The position numbers and the translations under genes were made by a program. Positions 49,701-60,959 of a stretch of DNA of 64,000 bases are shown piece by piece (position 1 is the stretch's first letter; every line of letters begins with the position of its first letter). A model generated the notes under the pieces. That model was not told the origin of the DNA. It made no database searches and was given only the letters and a program-made list of their open reading frames with translations. The stretch is from contig OZ024750.1 of assembly GCA_964016885.1 (NCBI GenBank), positions 52,824,001 to 52,888,000 of the forward strand. The letters are read 5' to 3'. This DNA comes from Eledone cirrhosa (lineage: Eukaryota).

Positions 49701-52700
49701 GTACCATAGTGTGGTATCGTACAGTAGTGTGGCATAGTACAGTAGTGTGGTATAGTGTAATAGTGTGGTATAATACAGTAGTGTGGTATAGTGTAGTAGT
49801 GTGGTATAGTGTATTAGTGTGGTATAGTGTAGTTGTGTGGTATAGTGTAGTAGTGTGGTATAGTACAGTAGTGTTGTATAGTGTAGTTGTGTTGTATAGT
49901 ACAGTAGTGTGGTATAGTACAGTAGTGTTGTATAGTACAATAGTGTGGTATAGTAGGGTAGTGTGGTATAGTAGGGTAGTATGGTATAGTAGGGTAGTGT
50001 GTAGTAGTGTAGTAGTGTGCTATAGTGTAGTAGTGTTGTATAGTGTAGTAGTATTGTTTAGTGTAGTAGTGTTGTATAGTACAGTAGTGCGGTATAGTGT
50101 AGTAGTGTGGTCTAGTGTAGTAGTGTGGTATAGTACAGTAGTGTGGTATAGAGTAGTAATGTGGTATAGAACACTAGTGTGGTATAGTTCAGTAGCGTGG
50201 TATAGTACAGTAGTGGGGTGTAATGTAGTAGTGTGGTATAGTGCATTAGTGTGGTATAGCACAGTAGTGTGGTATAGTACAGTAGTGTGGTATAGTATAG
50301 TAGTGGGGTATAGTACAGTAGTGTTGTATAGTGTAGTCATGTGGTATAATGTATTAGTGTGGCAAAGTACAGTAGTGTGGTATAGTACAGTGGTGTGGTA
50401 TAGTGTAGTGGTGTTGTATAGTACAGTAGTGTTTTATAGTGTAGTAGTGTGGTATTGTGTAGTAGTGTGGTATAGTGTAGTAGTGTGGTATAGTACAGTA
50501 GTGTGGTATAGTATTGTGTAGTGTAGTAGTGTTGTATAGTACAGTAGTGTGGTATAGTGTAGTAGTGTGGTATAGTACAGTAATGTGGTATAGTGTAGTA
50601 GTGTAGTATAGTGCAGTAGTGTGGTATAGTGTAGTAGTGTGGTATAGTGTAGTACTGTGGTATTGTGTAGTAGTGTGGTGTAGTGTAGTAGTGTGGTATA
50701 GTACAGTAGTGTGGTATAGTATTGTGTAGTGTAGTAGTGTTGTATAGTACAGTAGTGTGTTATAGTGTAGTAGTGTGGTATAGTGTAGTAGTACTGTATA
50801 TTGTGAGTAGTGTTGTATAGTACAGTAGTGTGGTATAGTGTAGTAGTGTAGTATAGTGTAATAGTGTTGTATAGTGTAATAGTGTGGTATAGTACAGTAG
50901 TGTGGTATAGTACAGCAGTGGGGTATAGTACGGTAGTGTGGTATAGTGTAGTAGTGTGGTATAGTGTAGTAGTGTGGTATAGTAGAGTAGTGAGGTATAG
51001 TACAGTAGTGTCATATAGAACAGTAGTTTGGTATAGTGTAGTAGTGTGGTATAGTACGGTAGTGTGGTATAGTACAGTAGTAGGGTATAGTACGGTAGTG
51101 TGGTATAGTGTAGTAGTGTGGTATAGTGTAGTAGTGTGGTATAGTGTAATAGTGTGGTATAGTAGAGTAGTGAGGTATAGTATAGTTGTGTGGTATAGTG
51201 TAGTAGTCTGGTATAGTACAGTAGTGTAGTATAGTGTAGTAGTGTGGTATAGTGTAGTAGTATTGTATATTTTAGTAGTGTTGTATAGTACAGTAGTGTG
51301 GTATAGTGTGGTAGTGTTGTATAGTACAGTAGTGTGGTATAGTGTAGTAGTGTGGTATAGTGTAGTTGTGTGGTATAGTGTAGTAGTGTGGTATAGTACA
51401 GTGGTGTGGTATAGTGTAATAGTGTAGTATAGTGTAATAGTGTGGTATAGTACAGTAGTGTGGTATCGTGTATTATTGTTGTATAGTACAGTAGTGTGGT
51501 ATAGTGTAGTAATGTGGTATAGTGTAGTAGTGTAGTATAGTGTAATAGTGTGGTATAGTGTAGTAGTGTTGTATAGTACAGTAGTGTGGTATAGTGTAGT
51601 AGTGTGGTATAGTGTAGTAGTGTGGTATAGTACAGTAATGTGGTATAGTGTAGTAGTGTGGTATAGTACAGAAGTGTTGTATAATGTAGTAGTGTGGTAT
51701 AGTGTAGTAGTGTGGTTTATATAGTACAGTAGTGTGGTATAGTGTAGTAGTGTGTTATAGAACAGTAGTGTGGTATAGTGTTGTAGCATGGTATAGTACA
51801 GTAGTGTGGTATGGCGTAGTAGTGTGGTATAGTACACTAGTGTGGTATAGTGTAGTAGTGTGGTATAGTGTAGTAGTGTGGTATAGTGTAGTAGTGTGGT
51901 ATAGTGTAGTAGTGTGGTATAGTACAGTAGTGTGGTATAGTACAGTAGTGTGGTATAGTGTAGTAGCGTGGTATAGTAAAGTAGAGTGATATAATGTAGT
52001 AATGTGGTATAGTGTAGTAGTGTGGTATAGTGTAGTAGTGTGGTATCGTACAGTTATGTGGTATAGTACAGTAGTCTGGTATAGTACAGTTGTGTGGTAT
52101 ATATAGTACATTAGTGTGGTATAGTACAGTAGTGTGGTATAGTGTAGTTGTGTGCTATAGTGTAGTCGTGTGGTATAGTACAGTAGTGTGGTATAGTGTA
52201 GTAGTGTAGTATAGTGTAGTAGTGTGGTATATTGTAGTAGTGTTGTATAGTACAATAGTGTGGTATAATGTAGTAGTGTGGTATATTGTAGTAGTGTGGT
52301 ATATATAGTACAGTAGTGTGGTATTGTCTAGTAGTGTGTTATAGTACAGTAGTGTGGTATGGTGTAGTAGTGTGGTATAGTGTAGTAGTGTGGTATAGTA
52401 CACTAGTGTGGTATAGTAGAGTAGTGTGGTATAGTGTAGTAGTGTGGTATATATAGTACAGTAGTGTGGTATAGTACAGTAGTGTGGTATAGTACAGTTG
52501 TGTGGTATAGTGTAGTAGTGTGGTATAGTACAGTTGTGTGGTATAGTGTAGTAGTGTGGTTTATTACAGTAATGTTGTATAGTGTTGTAGTGTGGTATAG
52601 TGTAGTAGTGTGGTCTAGTACAGAAGTATGGTATAGTGTAGTAGTGTGGTATCGTACAGTTGTGTGGTATAGTACAGTAGTGTGGTATAATACAGTAGTG

Positions 52701-55700
52701 TGGTATAGTGTAGTAGTGTTAGTATAGTACAGTAGTGTGATATATATAGTACAGTAGTGTGGTATAGTACAGTAGTGTGGTATAGTGTAGTAGTATTGTA
52801 TATTGTAGTAGTGTTGTATATTACAGTAGTGTGGTATAGTGTAGTAGTGTGGTATAGTACAGTAGTGTGGTATAGTGTAGTCGTGTGGTATAGTGTATTA
52901 CTGTGGTATAGTGTAGTAGTGTGGTCTAGTACAGTGGTGTGGTATAGTGTAGTAGTGTGGTATAGTTTAGTAGTGTGGTATAGTGTAGTAGTCTTGTATA
53001 GTGTAGTAGTGTGGTATAGTACAGTAGTGTGGTATAGTGTAGTAGTGTGGTATAGTGTAGTAGTGTGGTATAGCACAGTAGTTTTGTATAGTGTAGTTGT
53101 GTATTATAGTACAGTAGTGTGGTATAATACAGTAGTGTGGTATAGTACAGTAGTGTGGTATTGTACAGTAGTGTGGTATATTGTAATAGTGTGGTACAGT
53201 GTAGTAGTGGGGTATAGTGTAGTAGTGTGGTATAGTGTAGTAGTGTGGTATAGTGTAGTAGTATTGTATATTGCAGTAGTTTTGTATACTACATTAGTGT
53301 GGTATAGTGTAGTAGTGTGGTATAGTACGATAGTGTGATATAGTACAGTAATGTGGTATAGTACGATAGTGTGGTATAGTACAGTAGTGTCGTATAGTAC
53401 AGTAGCGTGGTATAGTACAGTAGTGGGGTATAGTATAGTAGTGGGGTATAATGTAGTCGTGTGGTATAGTGTATTAGCGTGGTATGTGGTATAGTACAAT
53501 AGTGTGGTATAGTATTGTGTAGTGTAGTAGTGTTGTATAGTACAGTAGTGTGGTATAGTGTTGTAGTGTGGTATAGTACAGTAGTGTGGTATAGTGTAGT
53601 AGTGTGGTATAATGCAGTAGTGTGGTATATATAGTACAGTAGTGTGGTATAGTGTAGTAGTGTGGTATAGTACAGTAGTGTGGTATAGTGTAGTAGGGTG
53701 GTACAGTAGAGTAGTGTGGTATAGTGTAATAGTGTGGTATAGTGGAGTAGTGTGGTATAGTACAGTAGTGTGGTATAGTGTAGTAGTGTGGTATAGTGTA
53801 GTAGTGTGGTATATATAGTACAGTAGTGTGGTATAGTGTAGTAGTGTGGTATAGTACAGTAGTGTGGTATAGTGTAGTAGTCTCTTATAGTACAGTAGTG
53901 TGGTATAGTGTAGTAGTGTGGTATAGTGTAGTAGTATTGTATATTGTAGTAGTGTTGTATAGTACAGTAGTGTGGTATAGTGTAGTAGTGTGGTATAGTA
54001 CAGTAGTGTGGTATAGTGTAGTAATTTGGTATAGTGTATTTGTGTGGTATATTGTAGTAGTGTGGTCTAGTACAGTAGTGTGGTATAGTACAGTAGTGTG
54101 GTATAGTGTATTAGTGTGGTATAGTGAAGTAGTGTGGTATAGTGTAGTAGTCTTGTATAGTACAGTAGTTTTGTATAGTGTAGTTGTGTGTTATAGTACA
54201 GTAGTGTGGTATAATACAGTAGTGTGGTATAGTACAGTAGTGTGGTATAGTACAGTAGTGTGGTATAGTGTAGTATTGTGGTACAGTGTAGTAGGTGGGT
54301 ATAGTGTAGTAGTGTGGTATAGGGTAGTAGTATTGTATAGTGTAGTAGTGTTGTATAGTACAGTAGTGTGGTATAGTGTAGTAGTGTGGTATAGTACAAT
54401 AGTGTGGTATATTGTAGTAGTGTGGTATAGTGTAGTAGTGTGGTATAGTGTAGTAGTGTGGTATAGTATAGTAGTGTGGTATATATAGTACAGTAGTGTG
54501 GTATATTGTAGTAGTGTGGTATAGTACAGTAGTTAGGTATAGTGTAGTAGTGTGGTATAGCGAAGTAGTGTGGTATAGTATAGTAGTGTGGTATATATAG
54601 TACAGTAGTGTGGTAGAGTACAGTAGTGCGGTATATTATAGTAGTGTGGTATAGTACACTAGTGTGGTATATATAGTACAGTAGTGTGGTAAAGTACAGT
54701 AGTGTGGTATAGTGTAGTAGTGTGGTATAGTACAGTAGTGTAGTATATATAGTACAGTAGTGTGGTATAGTACAGTAGTGTGGTATAGTGTAGCTGTGTG
54801 GTATTGTTCAGTAGTGTGGTATAGTGTAGTAGTGTGGTATAGTACAGTAGTGTGGTATAGTGTAGTAGCGTGGTATAGTGTAGTAGTGTGGTATAGTGTA
54901 GTAGTGTGGTATAATACAGTAGTGTGGTATATATAATACAGTAGTGTGGTATAGTACAGTAGCATGGTATATTATAGTAGTGTGGTATAGTATAGTAGTG
55001 TGGTATAGTACAGTAGTGTGGTATAGTGTAGTTGTGTGGTATAGTACAGTAGTGTGGTATATATAGTACAGTAGTGTGGTATAGTGTAGTTGTGTTGTAT
55101 AGTACAGTAGTGTGGTATATATAGTACAGTAGTGTGGTATAGTATGGTAGTGTGGTATAGTGTAGTAATGTGGTATAGTACTGTAGTGTGGTATAGTGTA
55201 GTAGTGTGGTATAGTACAGTAGTGTGGTATAGTGTAGTTGTGTGGTATTGTACAGTAGTGTGGTATATATAGTACAGTAGTGTGGTATATATAGTACAGT
55301 AGTGTGGTATAGTACAGTAGTGTTGTATAGTGTAGTTTAGTTGTATAGTACAGTAGTGTGGTATAGTGTAGTTGTGTGGTATAGTACACTAGTGTGGTAT
55401 ATATAGTACAGTAGTTTGGTATAGTACAGTAGTGTGGTATAGTGTAGTAGTGTGGTATAGTACAGTAGTGTGGTATAGTGTAGTAGTGTGCTATAGTGTA
55501 GTTGTGTGGTATAGTACAGTAGTGTGGCATATATAGTACAGTAGTTTGGTATAGTACAGTAGTGTGGTATAGTGTAGTAGTGTGGTATAGTACAGTAGTG
55601 TGGTATAGTGTAGTAGTTTGGTATAGTGTAGTAGTGTGGTATAGTGTAGTAGTGTGGTATAGTGTAGTAGTGTGGTATAGTGTAGTAGTGTGGTATTGTG

Positions 55701-55826
55701 TAGTAGTGTGGTATATTGTAGTAGTGTGGTATAGTGTAGTAGTGTGGTATTGTGTAGTAGTGTGGTATAGTGTAGTAGTGTGGTATAGTGTAGTAGTGTG
55801 GTATTGTGTAGTAGTGTGGTATAGTG
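46754..55826. repeat. ~9-kb 15-bp satellite (TAGTGTGGTATAGTG / TAGTGTGGTATAGTACAG variants) with higher-order duplications
   Basis: Continuous periodicity. Rare variants recur about 1.56 kb apart (GTCTAG at 46855/48419; GTCTCG at 48104/49669). Confidence 0.97.
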
Positions 55827-58700
55827 CTGAGCTGTCAAGGTTCCTTGAGTCCATAGAATGTGAAAACAAGTGGGAATTATTGAAGAAAGTCGTCTAGGAT
55901 GTTAGTGCTGGAGTGTTAGGTCCTACCATTAGAAAGCATAGACTGGTTTGATGAAAATAATGCAGTGATCCAGACCTTGCTTTATGTGAAATATAAAGTG
56001 CTGACATCATTGTTGTGTGAGATACATTCTGACAGGTGTGACCGGACCTTCAGGCAGATCAAGGCACATGTGCAACATCGATTGTGAGAAAGCCTCAGAT
56101 AGACATGATACAAAGCTCTTATACAGTCTGCTCAGGGAAGTGTATGGTCCAACCCATCCACAAATATCACTACTTCACTCCAAGTACGGCAAAGAATTGC
56201 TCAGAGATCCGAAGGAAATCCTGATCAGGTGGCATGACCACTTTGATGTGCTCCTCAACAGACCATCAGAAATCGATGATGAGTTCATCCGGTCGATTCC
56301 ATCCAGATCTACAAAGCTGGCAATGGCTGATCCTCCTTCATTTGATGAGGTGGCAAAGGCCATTGCCAAATTAAACAATGGCAAGTCACCTGGAATGGAT
56401 GGACTGAGTGCCGAGATCATTAAGTGTGCTGGTGATAACTTCTTAAACCGTCTCACTGATCTCTTTGTGAATATTTGGAATGAAGAAGATGTTCCGCAGG
56501 GCTGGAAAGATGAATTGATGCTGGTACTTTACAAAGGAAAGGGAGCCAAAGATGACTGTGACAACTACAGAGGTATCTCACTGCTATCTGTGGCTGGGAA
56601 GATCTTGTGCAGGATTTTATTGGACAGATTGATACAGCACATTGTTGTTGAGATACTTCTTGAGTCCAAATGTGGCTTTAGGAATGGCAGAGGCACTGTT
56701 GACATGGTCTTCTCAGCCAAACAACTTCAAGAGAAATAGATTGAGTAGCGCATGGACTTAAACCAAGTTTTTGTCAATCTGACCAAAGCATTTGACACCG
56801 TTAATCGGAAGGCTTTGTGGGTTATTTTGGAGAGATTGGGATGTCTTGAAACGTTTGTGAACATACTGAAACTCTTCCACGATGACATGCAGGCATGGGT
56901 AAATATTGGAGGTAAATAGTGAAGGCACATGGCTTAGTGGTTAGAGCATTGGGCTTGCAATCGAAAGGTTGTGAGTTCAATTCTCAGACCGGGTATGTGT
57001 TGTTTCCTTGAGCAAGACACTTTATTTCACTTTGCTCCAGTTTACTCAGCTGTAGAAATGAGATGATAGGACTGGGGTCCCTATCATTCCACTGCAAAGT
57101 GGTAGTGGAGGTGCCACAGCAAAAAAGCACCCAGCCCACACTGTAAAGTGGATGTGTAGGCGCCACGGAAAAAAAGCACCGAGCACTCACTGTAAATGAG
57201 GTTGGTGTTAGGAAGGATATCCAGTTGTAGAAATCAAGCCAGAATCAGTTCCTGTATGAGCAAGACAAGGTCAGCTGACCGAACACTGTCCACAACAGGA
57301 CAACCCGTCTAACCTATGCTAGCATGGAAGAACGGACGTAAAACGGTGATGATGATGATGATGATGATGATGAAACTGTCTGAGCCAATCTCAGTTGAAA
57401 ATGGTGTCAAGCAGGGTGATATACCTGCACCAACTCTGTTTGCCTTTTTATTTCGCAATGGTGTTCTTCATGGCCTTCAAGGATTGTCAACACTGTATCT
57501 ATCTCAGATATCACACTTCCAGCAAGCTGTTCAACCTCAGGCGTCTCACTGCCAACACGAAGGTACTGAGTACCTTGATCAGAGAATTTCTGTATGCAGA
57601 TGATTGTGATCTCTTTGCACACTCCCAGAGTGACATGCAACACCTTATGAATTCTTTTTCCAGTGTGTACATTGCTTTGGGACTGACAATCAGTTTGAAG
57701 AAGACTGTTATCATGTACCGGCCCGCTCCAGATAAAGTTTTCAATGAAACCTCCATATACGGTCAAAAGCTGACGGTTGCTGACACATTTGTGTATTTGG
57801 GGAGTACTCTGAGTGTGGCCTGCTCTCTGGATGCAGAAGTTGGTCTATGTGTTAGTAAGGCAAGTGAGTCATTTGGAAGGCTCAACGACCGTCTTTGGTG
57901 CAGGCGAGGAATCACAATGAGGACCAAGGTGAGAGTGTATGCTGCATGTGTACTGTCAGCTTTACTGTATGCATGTAAGACATGGGTTGCCTACAAACAG
58001 CATATCCATAGGCTGCAACGGTTTCACCAACAGTGTCTCAGAATGATGCTCGGTATCAAGTGGCAGATGCATGTGAGTGATGTTGAGGTCCTTGAGAGAA
58101 GTGAGTGTCGGAGCATTGAGAGTATCATCCACCAACGGCGTTTGTGATGGACCGGACACCTCTGGAGAATGGAGGATGATCGAATCCCCAAACAACTCTT
58201 GTATGGTGAGCTTTGTGAGGGTAAGAGACCATCTCACAAGCCAAGGCTCTGATTCAAGGATTGTGTAAAGGACTCTTTGAAAAACTGGTTTGATGGTGGC
58301 TGACTGGGACATAAAGGCTCTTGAAAGAGAAACTTGGCGTAGAATCGTGAATGATGGGGTCCATAATTTTGAGGACAGACGCATAGAGCACGAGAAGATC
58401 AAACGGGATGTGTGTAAGCAATGCCCTGGTGTATCTCTCGAAACGATCGGTGTCTCCATTGAATTGAAGTGCCCTGAGTGTGGAAAAATGTACTTGAGCA
58501 AATCTGGTCTCAGGAGCCACAGTCGCAGCCATGTTCAAAGAGAACCAGTGAACTATGATCTCCACGGTGTTGTGAGGGTTCACGGGCAACCTGATGCAGG
58601 ACCTCAGGCCAGAGAGATCCATAGTTGTCGGCAGTGTGCAAAGCAGTGCAAGTCTCTAGCAGGCTTGAAAAGCCATATCCGAGCGTCCCACATCTAAATC
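55827..58700 (+). mobile_element. RTE LINE, 5'-truncated and decayed, with two C-terminal C2H2 fingers; interrupted by a SINE
   Basis: KSPGMDGLSAE, DNYRGISLLSVAGK, CGFRNGRGTVDMVFS, GVKQG, FLYADDC, FVYLGS, then CPECGKMYLSKSGLRSHSRSH and CRQCAKQCKSLAGLKSHIRASH. Confidence 0.92.
56918..57372 (+). mobile_element. Full-length tRNA-head / RTE-tail SINE nested in RTE ORF2
   Basis: A/B boxes at ~56930-56985, RTE 3' UTR motif and (GAT)n tail. It splits the host reading VNIGGK|LSEPISVENGVKQG. Confidence 0.9.
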
Positions 58701-58954
58701 TGACAAGTGATTGCAATACTCTTGGCAGAGTTTGCAGCCATCATATATGTATGTTCTTCTGGTTTTATAATTTCACAAATTTTGCCAATAGAGAGAGAGT
58801 CGGTTTCTAGCATAGTTACAAGACTCTCTCATTAGAATTAACACAACATCAACTAGGTAGATATGTATGCATGTCTGCATGCATGCATGTGTAGATATGG
58901 ATGTTATTGTATGTGTGCATGTACATACGCTTTGTATCTGTACAAGTATATATG

Positions 58955-60940
58955 CAGTTACTAACATATCCCAGTGCCCCAATAATCACAGGTATAAATC
59001 TGAAGGTATAGTCAGGGTGGAGTATCTGCAGATTTCTCATTAGTTCTGCATAAATATTCTCCTTTTCACTAATCTTTGATATTATATTGCCATCTGCTGG
59101 GCAGCTAACTTCCACTACTGTTGCATGCCTTCTTTTCCCTATCCCATATCATAATATCTGGTCTGTTATGCCTGCATTTTATTGGAGTTTTTACTGGAAC
59201 ATTCCACCAGTACTCTTTCATATTATGTATATGTATGTCTTCCACATTGCTGTAGCTTTTATTGTGTTTATCATCGGGGCTATCTTTTCTACGAATTGCA
59301 TTGTACAGTTTTTTGGCCACTACATCATGCCTCATAGGTAGATAGTACCGCGATGACATCTTTGGGCAGCTGCTTATGACATGGGTGACATCTTCGATGT
59401 TAATTCTGCAGAGTCTGCACTTGTTGTCACATCTAGGTGTTTTGCCTGCATCCCTCTCTCTTTTGTGAATTAGGTATTTTGTGTTGATTTCCTGTTCTTG
59501 GATTGCAAAAGTGTATCCTTCAAAGTGGGAGCCAATATAGCGGTTGTTGGTCCAAGATAGACTACTTTCCTTATCTATATTACTCTCACTCTGGAGCTTC
59601 CTGGCAACATATCCATGCATGATATTTTGCTGATAAACATGCAGTTTTTCATCCAGGGATTCACTGCGGTACTTCCCTGGGTGTGAGTTTTTGGTTATCA
59701 TGTAGGGAATATCTTTCAAGGAGTTCCTTCCCAACTCTCATGATCTTATCTGTTTCATCCAGATAGACTTGCTCAATAGACGGCTCCTACGCTTTGAGGT
59801 TTGTTGATGTTGTCGGAGGGATATGATGCGACATTCAAATGCTGTCTGGACTGATGTTAGGCCTCTGCCTCCCTGCTTACGTTTCAAGTAAAGGCGGTCT
59901 ATGTCACTGTTGATGTGGAAGTTTCCGGTGTTGTTTAATATTTTTCGAATTTTAACATCAATTGCTCGGATTTCATCTATCGTCTAATCAAGTATTCCAA
60001 ATGTTGGTGTTAGGACAGGCACAGCAAACACATTGTGAGCCACTGTTTTGTTGTACGCAGAGAGTTCCGATGACAATATTTTCTTAATCGGGTGTAGTAT
60101 TCCCTAGTTATGCATTCCTTATACAGATACCATTATAGGATATGTTCTCATCTATCCCCAGGTATCTGTAGCAGTCCTCATCAGATATCGGTGAAACAGT
60201 TAGGCCATTGATGACAATGTTGCTAGATTGGGTTGTTGTTTTTCCCCGCTTTAAATCATATAGGAACATTTATCTTGGCCAAACTCCATTCCTATATCCT
60301 TTGAGAATGTTGTAACCAGGTCCAGATTTTTCTTCATCCCATCCATGTTCTTGGCATAGAGTTTCAGATCATCCACAAAGAAATTATCGGTTAGGTTCGT
60401 ATTTCTGTCCTCCTGTGAGCCAATGATGTATCCTTCACATTTCTTGAGCAGAAGGACAAGGAGTTTAATGACAAGATGAATAATATCACAGAGAGAGTGT
60501 CTCCCTGAAATATACCCCGATATTTTATTTTATCAATGAAAATAGAGTCCTCCTTCTCTGTCTTTAACCTTAGGATAGTAGCCCAAGAAGAAGACAACTT
60601 CTCTATGGCTCTGATAATAACGTTTGGGACTTTAGCAAGTTGGAGGGCCTCTATCATCCAACTGTGGGGAACAGAACCGAAAGCTTTCCTGTAGTCCAGC
60701 CAGACTGTAGTCATATTCTTCCCAAGTTGTCGCACCTCCGATATGGCAGTTTTGTTGATTAGGAGTTGTTCAGCACATCCCCAAACCCCTTTCTTTCCAG
60801 ATGCTTGTTCATCTTTGAGATGTCATTACTGGTGCAAATGATCTGGGAGGAATAGGTTGAGGCAGGCTGTATACAACTTATACATCAGATTCTGGCATGC
60901 AATGGGTCGGTAGTTTTTTGCCAAGTGGGTTTCTTTGTTC
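58955..60940 (-). mobile_element. R4/Dong-like RLE non-LTR retroelement, 5'-truncated
   Basis: KNYRPIACQNLMYKLY, WLDYRKAFGSVPHSW, GIFQGDTLS, FVDDLKLY, CCHC finger CRLC..THVISSC, RHDVV, HNRPDI, EVSCP..EK and FIPVIIGALG. Confidence 0.88.
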
Positions 60941-60959
60941 CATGTATGTATGCATGTCT

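Noticed and set aside
46868-55897. Many long YHTT/VVWYS ORFs
   Set aside because: These are artefacts of the 15-bp satellite, open on both strands.
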